Assembly: GCA_963675595.2 (NCBI GenBank)
Contig: CAXXLZ010000002.1
Coordinates: 3,168,001-3,232,000 of the forward strand
From: Thermodesulfobacteriota bacterium
GTDB lineage: Bacteria; Desulfobacterota; Desulfarculia; JACQYL01
Reading direction: 5' to 3'
Length of the DNA: 64,000 bases
Numbering within the stretch: the stretch's first letter is position 1; every line of letters begins with the position of its first letter. Below, one piece after another: positions 38,728-47,224 of this stretch. Below the pieces are notes generated by a model that saw only the letters and a program-made list of their open reading frames with translations, made no database searches and was not told where the DNA came from. The position numbers and the translations under genes were made by a program.

Positions 38728-39219
38728 TTATAATCGCCCAAATCTCTCTTTCAGCTTGTCATGTATGTATGGAGGAACGAAGCTGGAAACCTCCGCGCCG
38801 AGCTTTGCAGCGTCTTTGATAATGGTCGAGCTGATGTAGAACCATTTGTAATCCGTCATGAGAAATATGGATTGCACTCTCGGATTCAATTTTCGGTTCA
38901 TCAGGGCCAATTGGAATTCGTATTCGAAGTCCGAGGATCCGCGAATTCCTCGAAGAATGGCGTTGGAATTCTTCCGGACTACGTACTCCACGGTCAGGCC
39001 GCTGAAACTGTCCACCTCGACTCGGTCGTTGCCTTCCATAACCTTCCTGATCATGGACAGGCGTTCCGCCACGGAAAACAATGGCTTCTTGCCGGGATTC
39101 TCGGCAATGGCGATTATCACCGTGTCAAACAGAGTCAACGCGCGATTTACGAGGGAGAGGTGGCCGTTGGTGAAAGGATCGAAGGTACCTGGGTACACGA
39201 TGATTCGTCCGTTAGCCAT
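38728..39219 (-). CDS. coaD: Phosphopantetheine adenylyltransferase
   Basis: YPGTFDPFTNGH, RGIR..SDFEYE and ISST motifs. Confidence 0.96.
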   Translation of the reverse strand: MANGRIIVYPGTFDPFTNGHLSLVNRALTLFDTVIIAIAENPGKKPLFSVAERLSMIRKVMEGNDRVEVDSFSGLTVEYVVRKNSNAILRGIRGSSDFEYEFQLALMNRKLNPRVQSIFLMTDYKWFYISSTIIKDAAKLGAEVSSFVPPYIHDKLKERFGRL

Positions 39220-39240
39220 GGGACTCCTTTCCAGGTCTAT

Positions 39241-39792
39241 TCATATTCCAATGAATAGGGAAACGCAGCTTTGTCCATAGTTGCGGGTTTCGGAATGCCG
39301 CAGCCGGATCGTTGGTTCTCCGAGGCTTTCCCTCGGGGAATGCTCGACGACCACGAGCGCGTCATTTGCGAGGATACCCGCCGAATCCAACCCTGCCAAC
39401 GTGGGAGCAACCAAGCCTTGATCGTAAGGCGGGTCGGCGAATGCCAAATCGAATGCGATGTTCAATTTTGCCGCCGAGCCCAATCCGTTGGGGAGGTCGG
39501 AACGGAGAAGACGCACTTGGTCCCTTACTCCGCAAAGGGAAATGTTCTTTCGGATGACTTCCAGCGAGCGCGGACTCCGATCCACCAGGACGGACAAAGA
39601 AGCTCCTCGGCTGATTGCTTCCAGCGACAGCACGCCGGTGCCGGCGAAGAGATCAAGTACGGCGTAATCCGTCAGATCTTGTCCAATGATGCTGAAAATC
39701 GCTTCGCGAACATGATCCGGAGTCGGTCTGATAATCAGACCCTTGATCGGAGAAAGCCTCCTCCCTTTGAATCTCCCTCCGGTAATTCTCAA
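39241..39792 (-). CDS. rsmD: 16S rRNA m2G966 methyltransferase
   Basis: RITGGRFKGR, RPT.D.VREAIF, LDLFAGTG and DPPY motifs; adjacent to coaD. Confidence 0.93.
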   Translation of the reverse strand: MRITGGRFKGRRLSPIKGLIIRPTPDHVREAIFSIIGQDLTDYAVLDLFAGTGVLSLEAISRGASLSVLVDRSPRSLEVIRKNISLCGVRDQVRLLRSDLPNGLGSAAKLNIAFDLAFADPPYDQGLVAPTLAGLDSAGILANDALVVVEHSPRESLGEPTIRLRHSETRNYGQSCVSLFIGI

Positions 39793-39935
39793 GAATTCCC
39801 TCTGCGTCTCCGAAATTCAAAGCTCTCTTATTCGAAGCGTCGACGGTTGTCAACGGGGTATTGTGGAAATTTCCGACGGTTGGCCGGCGGCGGCCGGAAA
39901 AAGTGCCGGAAGTTGCGTTTGAGGGCGGGACTGAT

Positions 39936-40598
39936 TCAGGAGGAAATGCGGGTCAGCGCTTTTCGGACTAGATTTCTGGAGTTTTCGAGCATGACCGTGA
40001 AATGATTTTCCGTCAGGCCGGCGCCGAGAACCACGGATCGAGCGAACGTCTCACTAATGAGGTCCCCGGGACTGTGGGCGTCGGTGTTCAACACCATCTT
40101 GGCGCCCGTTCTTTCCGCCAGACGAGCGACCCTGCCGTTACCCAGGGAATGTCCTTTTCTTGCCGTGATTTCAAGATGAACGCCCATGCGGACAGCCAAC
40201 AGAGCCTCCTCTTCCGTCAAGAGGCCGGGATGCGCCAGTATATCCACTCCCGCCTCGATGGCGGCGAGGTTGGTTCCCGCAGGAACGGGTTCCACGATCG
40301 TTTCGCCGTGAGCCAGCACAAGACATGCTCCCATCCCGTAGGCCTCGCGAGTGAGCTCAGGGATCAGCTGGGGCGGGACGTGGGTCAACTCGATCCCGGC
40401 CAACGCCTGCACTTGGGAGAAACGGTTCACCCGTTCCGTCACGTGCAGAATTCGGGGAATCACCCAGTCGAGATTGGAATCGTCGGCATGGTCGGTGATG
40501 GCAATGTATTCATAGCCCAGCGCGTTGAAACGACTGATGAGCTCTGAGGGCAACAACTCGCCGTCGCTGAAAAGGGAGTGCGTATGCAGGTCAATCAT
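39936..40598 (-). CDS. PHP domain protein (histidinol phosphatase-like)
   Basis: DLHTHS..SDG, AITDH and NTDAH motifs. Confidence 0.9.
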   Translation of the reverse strand: MIDLHTHSLFSDGELLPSELISRFNALGYEYIAITDHADDSNLDWVIPRILHVTERVNRFSQVQALAGIELTHVPPQLIPELTREAYGMGACLVLAHGETIVEPVPAGTNLAAIEAGVDILAHPGLLTEEEALLAVRMGVHLEITARKGHSLGNGRVARLAERTGAKMVLNTDAHSPGDLISETFARSVVLGAGLTENHFTVMLENSRNLVRKALTRISS

Positions 40599-40685
40599 TT
40601 CTCACGTCGATTCTGAAAGGTGATCAAGGTTCACGACCGGGGAAAAGGAGAGCCGCAGTATCGGGCCAACGGGGAAAAGCTCGGA

Positions 40686-41183
40686 TTACATTTTGTACTT
40701 TCCAAAGTCTTCCGGATCCATCTTCTCGAGGATCTCCGTCCACTTCTTGCCTTCTTCACCCTGGACGGACTCCTTGTATTGCGGTTCGAGATTCTTGGAT
40801 TTCTGAAACACGACCTCGTTGACGAGAATGGGACATCGGGCGCGGAGAGCTATGGCGATGGCATCCGAGGGCCTGGCGTCAATGGTGACCTCTTTCCCTT
40901 GAACGTCAAAGAAGATGATGGCGAAATAGGTATTGTCCTTTAAATCACATATTTCGATCCGGACGACTTTGACTCCAAGGATGTCCATGGTGTTCTTGTA
41001 CAAATCGTGAGTCATGGGCCTGGAGAACTGGACCTTCTCCAGTTCGCTGGCGATGGCCGTGGCTTCGAGCAATCCGATCCAGATAGGGATGACCTGTTCC
41101 CCATCTTTTTCCTTCAGGATCAGGATGGGACTGTTGGTCATAGGGTCCACGGTCAGCCCAGTTACGGTCATTTCTAATGCCAT
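40686..41183 (-). CDS. Bifunctional nuclease family protein (DUF151)
   Basis: PIWIG..EA, RPMTHDL and DARPSDAIAIALR motifs. Confidence 0.92.
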   Translation of the reverse strand: MALEMTVTGLTVDPMTNSPILILKEKDGEQVIPIWIGLLEATAIASELEKVQFSRPMTHDLYKNTMDILGVKVVRIEICDLKDNTYFAIIFFDVQGKEVTIDARPSDAIAIALRARCPILVNEVVFQKSKNLEPQYKESVQGEEGKKWTEILEKMDPEDFGKYKM

Positions 41184-42523
41184 GGCGCATTTCCTCCTGA
41201 TGCTGGGGTGGCCGGTCTTCCTCGGAGTGAGTGCAGCAGACCCTCTTCGATGAGTATGGGAACCATTGTTCCGATTAGGGAATCGCTTCCCTGGAAGTTA
41301 ACCACCTGGTTTCCCCCGGTCCTTCCGGACATCTGGAATCGGTGCTTTTTGCTCCGGCTTTCCACGAGAATTTGTTCCATCCGGCCCTCGAACCTGCGGT
41401 TTCTCTCCAGCGTGATCTCGTTCTGCAATGCCTGCAGGGCGGTCAGGCGTCGAGCTTTTTCCGATTCGGCAATCTTTCCGGAAAAGCCGGAGGCCTTGGC
41501 GGGGTAACGATCGGAATATTTAAAAGAAAAGGCCCCGTCGTACCGGATTTGTCGCATGGCTTCCAACGTTTGCTGGAAATCCTCCTCCGTTTCCCCGGGA
41601 AAGCCCACAATCAAATCGGTGGTGATGCTGATGTCCGGAAGGATTCTCCTGAGGTCCTGAACTTTGGCCAGATATTGCGCGAAGGTGTATTTGCGGTTCA
41701 TCCTCTTGAGCACGGAATCCGACCCGCTCTGCAAAGGGAGATGGATGTGGGGGCAGAGCTTTTCCAGACGACCGAAGCATTCGATGAGTTCGGGCGACAA
41801 GTCTTTAGGATGGCTGGTCGTGAACCGAATTCGGTCGAGACCCTCCAACCGGTTCAAGGCTCCGAGCAGCGTAACGAATCCCTCATCGCCGTCCGGTGAT
41901 TGATAGGAATTGACATTCTGTCCCAGAAGGGTCACTTCGCGGGTACCGGTCTGAATCGCAGATTCGATCTCTCCCAGAATGGCCGCCAAGGTACGGCTCA
42001 TCTCGCGGCCTCGCACGTGGGGAACTACGCAGAAGGTGCAGAAATTATTGCAGCCCCGCATGATGGTCACAAGGGCGGTGATTTTCTTGTTGGGCGGTTT
42101 GACCTTTTCCCATTCGGGTCGGTCGAAGCGGTAAGTGAAGTCGGTGAAACATCTGGAACCGGACCCGCTTGAAAGGTCTCCGATAATCTCCGGTAAATCG
42201 AACAAAGCGTGAGTTCCGAAAACGAAGTCCAGGAACTCGGCCCGTTCAAGAAGTCGGGAACCCTCCTGCTGGGCGACGCAACCTCCGACACCGATCAAGA
42301 GGGAGGGATTGCGTTCTTTTAGAGGTTTGAGCCTCCCCAACAGACTGTAAACCTTTTGCTCGGCTTTCTCCCGAATGCTGCACGTGTTGATGAGAATAAG
42401 GTCGGCCTCACGGATTTCCTCCGTCTTACTGTAGCCGACGGGTGCCAGAATCTGTTCGACTTTGCCTGAGTCGTACTCGTTCATCTGGCATCCAAAAGTG
42501 GTGATGTGAAATCTCTTAGCCAT
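41174..42523 (-). CDS. miaB: tRNA-2-methylthio-N6-dimethylallyladenosine synthase
   Basis: TFGCQMN.YDS, NTCSIREKAEQK, GCNNFCTFC radical SAM motif, FTTSHP; C-terminal TRAM domain. Confidence 0.96.
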   Translation of the reverse strand: MAKRFHITTFGCQMNEYDSGKVEQILAPVGYSKTEEIREADLILINTCSIREKAEQKVYSLLGRLKPLKERNPSLLIGVGGCVAQQEGSRLLERAEFLDFVFGTHALFDLPEIIGDLSSGSGSRCFTDFTYRFDRPEWEKVKPPNKKITALVTIMRGCNNFCTFCVVPHVRGREMSRTLAAILGEIESAIQTGTREVTLLGQNVNSYQSPDGDEGFVTLLGALNRLEGLDRIRFTTSHPKDLSPELIECFGRLEKLCPHIHLPLQSGSDSVLKRMNRKYTFAQYLAKVQDLRRILPDISITTDLIVGFPGETEEDFQQTLEAMRQIRYDGAFSFKYSDRYPAKASGFSGKIAESEKARRLTALQALQNEITLERNRRFEGRMEQILVESRSKKHRFQMSGRTGGNQVVNFQGSDSLIGTMVPILIEEGLLHSLRGRPATPASGGNAPWH

Positions 42524-42825
42524 CGTTCGAAGATGATCCTTAAGAATCGAGGGACTTTACTCCGTCGGGCGGTAAGCCGTGTTTTTCGGACGGCCCCGAG
42601 GCAGGCGATGCGAAACGGCGACGTACGGAGCGGTTGCGACCGGCAATCCGATTTAATCCTATCAGGATGCACCATGGATTTCAAATCATTCACTCGTTCT
42701 GGAGGGGCGTCTATGGTAGAATGGAATTCCGTTCCGAGCATTGCCGATGTGTTTCCGGCGGGTTTCGAAACGTTCCGCAAGAACCCCGTTGATCAGCCGG
42801 TTCGACCCGCCGGCCCGGTACCCTG

Positions 42826-43524
42826 ATGATACCGCTCAAAGACGACAATCCTACGCGCGCCGTTCCAGTGATCACATTCGGCATTATCGCCTTGAATGTT
42901 CTCGCTTTTTTGTATCAAACGACCCTGGGTTCCAGGGAGGCCCAGGTGTTTCTTTACCAGTTCGGTGCCATTCCTTACGAGCTGACCCATTTCACTTTCG
43001 TCGGTCCTTTGACCATGGAAAGTCCCGTCCCCAGATACCTTACCCCCGTGACCGCGATGTTCGTTCACGGCGGACTCATGCATTTGGGCGGGAACATGCT
43101 CTACCTCTGGATCTTCGGGAATAATGTTGAAGACATATTAGGTCCCGGAAAGTTTCTGGTGTTTTACCTGCTCAGCGGTCTGGTGGCCGCACTGGCCCAG
43201 GTTATGGTGCAGCCGGCTTCGATGGTTCCCATGGTAGGGGCGAGCGGTGCCATTGCCGGCGTGTTGGGGGCCTATTTTCTCGTGTTTCCATCGGCTCGGA
43301 TCACTACGTTGATATTTTTTGTGATCTTTATTCGCGTCGTCAAAATTCCGGCGGGCCTCGTCCTTGGTATTTGGTTGATCCTGCAGATGCTGAGCGCCGC
43401 GTCCAACAAACCGGGCGTGGCTTGGTTCGCCCATATAGGGGGATTCGTGGCGGGTATGGTGCTGCTGTTTATCCTGTCCGCAAGAAGCCCTTCCATACGA
43501 CGGAGAAGACCCGAGAGGTTCTGA
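42826..43524 (+). CDS. Rhomboid family intramembrane serine protease
   Basis: HGG..HL.GNM, GASG and AHIGGF motifs. Confidence 0.93.
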   Translation: MIPLKDDNPTRAVPVITFGIIALNVLAFLYQTTLGSREAQVFLYQFGAIPYELTHFTFVGPLTMESPVPRYLTPVTAMFVHGGLMHLGGNMLYLWIFGNNVEDILGPGKFLVFYLLSGLVAALAQVMVQPASMVPMVGASGAIAGVLGAYFLVFPSARITTLIFFVIFIRVVKIPAGLVLGIWLILQMLSAASNKPGVAWFAHIGGFVAGMVLLFILSARSPSIRRRRPERF

Positions 43525-43542
43525 ACACCGGTCGGCCGAAAG

Positions 43543-43642
43543 CCTCCCGGTTAACTCCACGCCGGACCCGATTCAGGCGTCTAAGCGTTTAGGAGTTGCA
43601 CCACGGTGGGGAGGTTGAGCTCATCCTGAAGCCGAGGATGAG
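43543..43642. other. Candidate structured RNA element (three-way junction plus hairpin) between convergent genes
   Basis: CCTCCC/GGGAGG, AACTCC/GGAGTT, ACGCC/GGCGT and CTAA/TTAG stems, then CTCATCCT/AGGATGAG. Confidence 0.3.
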
Positions 43643-43687
43643 GATTTCAAGCTAAGGGACGTCCTGAAGTGACCGAATTCGGGGCGT

Positions 43688-43939
43688 CTATGTAGATCGG
43701 AGGCTGATTTCCGTTGCCAACACCCGCAACAGAGCGTCGAGTTCCACTTCACGCCCGGGAGCCGGTCGAATCTCCACCTTGCCGCACTCCGGATCCAGAG
43801 TTGTCATGGAGGCCAAGCCTTCGTGACCTTCCAGGATGAACTTCAGATAGGCCATGTCCTTCCGTTGAAGATAATAGACTCGACGGTCGCTCGCCATTCC
43901 GTTGGGCGTTTTTCCGTGGTTTCCTGCGCGGGATTTCAT
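43688..43939 (-). CDS. DUF4911-like small protein
   Basis: AYLKFILEGHEGLASMTTLD motif. Confidence 0.75.
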   Translation of the reverse strand: MKSRAGNHGKTPNGMASDRRVYYLQRKDMAYLKFILEGHEGLASMTTLDPECGKVEIRPAPGREVELDALLRVLATEISLRST

Positions 43940-44076
43940 CTAAATACCTTGATTCCATGAATGGAAGAACTTAATTTACGGTTTCATACATCGAGTGTTC
44001 GTGGTACGAAGCTCGTTTGAGAGAGAGTCAAAGCACGATCATGTTGCAGATCGAGTCCCAAAGATGGATCGAGTCC

Positions 44077-45018
44077 ATGGCGGAACCGCAAGATACAGGC
44101 CGGAACCGGATCCTCATTGTTGATGACGAGGAGGAAATCCGGACGTTGCTGAAGGCCCTCGTGGAGCGGTTCGGCTATGAAGCGCACACGGCGGCCAACG
44201 GTGAGGAGGCCTTTGCCCTCGTGGGGCGTGCGTTTTTCGACCTGATCATTACCGATATCCAGATGCCGGGGATCAGCGGCTTGGAGCTTATCAACAAGAT
44301 CAGCCGAAATTACCCGGAAACCGACCTCATCGCAGTAACCGGATACAATATCGACTACCGCTATACCGACGTGATCAATGTCGGAGCCAGCGACTTCATT
44401 ACCAAGCCCATCGACGCCAATGAGCTTCAGGCCAAAATCGTGCGCGTCTTTCGCGAACGTACGCTTCGGGAGCAACTCCGACGCCTGACGACCCGGGACG
44501 GCCTCACGGACCTTTACAACCGGAGGTTTTTCGACGGACGAGGTCCGGAGGAAGTGGCTAGAGCCTTGCGCCAAAGGGATCCTCTATTCCTCATGCTCAT
44601 GGACATCGATCGCTTCAAGCGTTACAATGATACATTGGGACACCAAGCCGGCGACGGACTGCTCCGAAAACTGGCGGAGGTGATCAATTCCTCCATCCGA
44701 AGCGGGGTGGACATCGGGTTTCGCTATGGAGGCGACGAATTCGGAGTCCTCGTGCCTCAGGTCAGCACGGAGCAAGCCCTGAAAATCGCCGAGCGCATTC
44801 GCGTAAAGTACGGCAAGATCGCCAACTCGCACACTTCGCTTAGTATCGGCCTCGCGGAACTCGAAGACTTGGGGCGGGGGACCCAGAAAAGCTTTTACGC
44901 CCTGGTCAAGAGTGCGGACGATGCGCTGTACTCCTGCAAAAAACAGGGTGGAAATTGTGTAACCCTGTACTCCGCCGAAACGGACGCCAAGAGTTCCGAC
45001 CCCGACACTCTTTCATGA
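44077..45018 (+). CDS. Response regulator diguanylate cyclase (REC-GGDEF)
   Basis: ILIVDD, TDIQMP and KP in the REC domain; DGLT.LYNRR, DIDRFK.YND..GH..GD and RYGGDEF. Confidence 0.94.
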   Translation: MAEPQDTGRNRILIVDDEEEIRTLLKALVERFGYEAHTAANGEEAFALVGRAFFDLIITDIQMPGISGLELINKISRNYPETDLIAVTGYNIDYRYTDVINVGASDFITKPIDANELQAKIVRVFRERTLREQLRRLTTRDGLTDLYNRRFFDGRGPEEVARALRQRDPLFLMLMDIDRFKRYNDTLGHQAGDGLLRKLAEVINSSIRSGVDIGFRYGGDEFGVLVPQVSTEQALKIAERIRVKYGKIANSHTSLSIGLAELEDLGRGTQKSFYALVKSADDALYSCKKQGGNCVTLYSAETDAKSSDPDTLS

Positions 45019-45055
45019 TGCCTTAAGCGAACCCTAAGTCACAAGGAGAAAGTCC

Positions 45056-46483
45056 ATGTGGAATCCGTCCCGTCTTGTTTTCAGGGCGGCCGTCGCCTTG
45101 CTTGTTTGCGCCGTCGGTTTTCCGGCCTGGGCCTCGGCTCCTGTTCGGTGCTCCGAGGACACGCAGCAGCGCGTCGCCCTTACCATTTACAATGAAGACC
45201 TTGGGCTGGTGAAGGACGTGCGCAGGGTGGAGTTGAAAAAGGGTCCGTTTCTCATGGAGTTCATGGACGTGGCGGAGAAGATCGACCCTACGTCGGTGTT
45301 CCTGAAATCTCTGACTCATCCCGGCAAGTTGACCATTTTCGAACAGAACTACGAATTCGATCTCATCACTCCCCGACGACTTATGGAAAAGGCCCAGGGG
45401 GAAAAGGTCACTCTGTTGGAAAGAATCGACAACGGCACGAAAGAAAGGCGAACGGAGGCGATCCTTCTCTCCACGAACTCGGGGAACGTCTACCGCATCG
45501 GAGAAGAGATTCATCTGGGTCACCCGGGCGAAGTGGTGCTCCCCGCCATGCCGGAAGGCTTGTACGCCAAACCCACGCTGCTGTGGCTTCTCCATAATGA
45601 AGGCGATACTTCGCAGACTGTGGAAGTGTCTTATTTGACTCGCGGAATCTCGTGGCGTTCGGACTATGTGGCCGTGGTGGACAAAGAAGACCGTGTGATG
45701 GACATGACCTGTTGGGTCACCATCCGCAACGAGTCCGGCACATCGTATAACGACGCCGATATCAAACTGATCGCCGGAGATGTGAAGCAGGTACCGGAAG
45801 CGCAACCGCGTCAGGCTATGCTGAAAATGGTCCAGGATGTCGCCGCCGGTCCTTCCTTCGACGAGAGAAGCTTTTTTGAATATCATCTCTATTCCCTGAA
45901 TCGAACCACCACCATCAAGAACAATCAGATCAAACAAATGGCTTTGCTCACCGCCACCGGCACACCGGTTAAGAAGGAATACATTTTCAAGACGCCGGGT
46001 GGCTTTCGCGGGCGGCAAATCGACGACGTTTACAAGGACCGGGCAGGGGTCGAGTTGGTCTTCAAAAACGACGCTTCGTCCAATCTGGGCATGCCCCTTC
46101 CCAAAGGCAAGGTTCGCATCTACAAAGCGGATGTGGACGGCACGGTGCAGTTCATCGGTGAGGACAGCCTGGATCACACTCCCAAGGACGAAGAAATTCG
46201 GCTTCAGGTGGGCAAGGCTTTCGACGTTGTGGTGGAGCGCAAACAGACCAATTATAACCGGCTGAGCCCCACGGTGCTGGAAGAATCCTATGAAATCCAG
46301 ATCCGAAACCACAAGCAGGATGCGGTAAAAGTCACCGTGGAAGAGCCTATGCAGGGGGACTGGCAGATTACCCGAAGCAATCGTGAATGGAACAAGAAAG
46401 ATGCCTTCACCGCGGTTTTCGACGTGGAGGCGCAGCCCGGTCAGGTCGAAGCCATAAAATACACCAGCGTGATCAAGAGGTAG
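45056..46483 (+). CDS. Secreted DUF4139 domain protein
   Basis: Signal peptide; LTIYN.DLGLVKD.R, LYAKPTL, SYLT.GISW..DY and LGMPLPKGKVRIY. Confidence 0.8.
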   Translation: MWNPSRLVFRAAVALLVCAVGFPAWASAPVRCSEDTQQRVALTIYNEDLGLVKDVRRVELKKGPFLMEFMDVAEKIDPTSVFLKSLTHPGKLTIFEQNYEFDLITPRRLMEKAQGEKVTLLERIDNGTKERRTEAILLSTNSGNVYRIGEEIHLGHPGEVVLPAMPEGLYAKPTLLWLLHNEGDTSQTVEVSYLTRGISWRSDYVAVVDKEDRVMDMTCWVTIRNESGTSYNDADIKLIAGDVKQVPEAQPRQAMLKMVQDVAAGPSFDERSFFEYHLYSLNRTTTIKNNQIKQMALLTATGTPVKKEYIFKTPGGFRGRQIDDVYKDRAGVELVFKNDASSNLGMPLPKGKVRIYKADVDGTVQFIGEDSLDHTPKDEEIRLQVGKAFDVVVERKQTNYNRLSPTVLEESYEIQIRNHKQDAVKVTVEEPMQGDWQITRSNREWNKKDAFTAVFDVEAQPGQVEAIKYTSVIKR

Positions 46484-46517
46484 GCGATTTTCGGGAATAC
46501 GTCCGGGGTACTACCGT

Positions 46518-46550
46518 GGGGGAGATTTCAGAAAAAAATTTCCCCCTTTT
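46518..46550. terminator. Terminator-like hairpin between convergent DUF4139 and merR genes
   Basis: GGGGGAGATTT...AAATTTCCCCC followed by TTTT. Confidence 0.55.
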
Positions 46551-46579
46551 CTTTGTCTCCGGGGGAAAGCGAGGGCGGG

Positions 46580-46927
46580 CTACTTCTTTTGATCCAGAAT
46601 CTTCTTGATTTCCAGCAATTCTTCTCGAACCTCTTGAAGAAGTCTTTCACTCACGTCTTCCATGAAAGGCATGGTAAGCTGGCCGGATCGTTCTTCCTTG
46701 ATTTTCTGTTTGGCGCCGGAAATGGTAAACTTCTCATCGTAGAGAAGCTGCTTAATCCGTAGGATCAGCTCTACGTCTTTTTTTCGGTAAAGACGCTGCT
46801 TATTGGACCTAGGGGGCCGAATTTCGTCGAATTCGGTTTCCCAGTAGCGGAGGATGTAGGGTTCCACTCCCGCAATTCTGCTCACTTCGCCGATTCGAAA
46901 GTAGCGCTTGTCCGGGATGGGCTCCAT
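46580..46927 (-). CDS. MerR family transcriptional regulator
   Basis: IPDKRYFRIGEVS, LRYWETEF and QRLYR; conserved position after ihfA. Confidence 0.92.
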   Translation of the reverse strand: MEPIPDKRYFRIGEVSRIAGVEPYILRYWETEFDEIRPPRSNKQRLYRKKDVELILRIKQLLYDEKFTISGAKQKIKEERSGQLTMPFMEDVSERLLQEVREELLEIKKILDQKK

Positions 46928-46943
46928 GAGGCACGATCCGAGG

Positions 46944-47222
46944 CTAGGTCCCGTTGATTTTGTCTTTCAGGACTTTGCTCGATCTGAAGGTGAGGGCCTT
47001 ATGGGCCGGAATGGTCATCGCTTCGCCCGTATGAGGGTTTCTCCCCAAACGGGCCTTCTTCTCTTTTACCACAAATTGTCCGAACCCGGAAATTTTCACG
47101 GGTTCGCCTTGGGCGACGGCTTCCTTGGTCAGGTCGACTATGGAATCCACGACCTGCGCAATGTGAGAGGCGGGCAGGCCCATTCTTCGATGAAGCTCCA
47201 GAATCAGGTCTTTCTTGGTCAT
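46944..47222 (-). CDS. ihfA: IHF alpha / HU family DNA-binding protein
   Basis: VKISGFGQF, RLGRNPHTG and FRSSKVLK; canonical position after pheT. Confidence 0.85.
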   Translation of the reverse strand: MTKKDLILELHRRMGLPASHIAQVVDSIVDLTKEAVAQGEPVKISGFGQFVVKEKKARLGRNPHTGEAMTIPAHKALTFRSSKVLKDKINGT

Positions 47223-47224
47223 GA

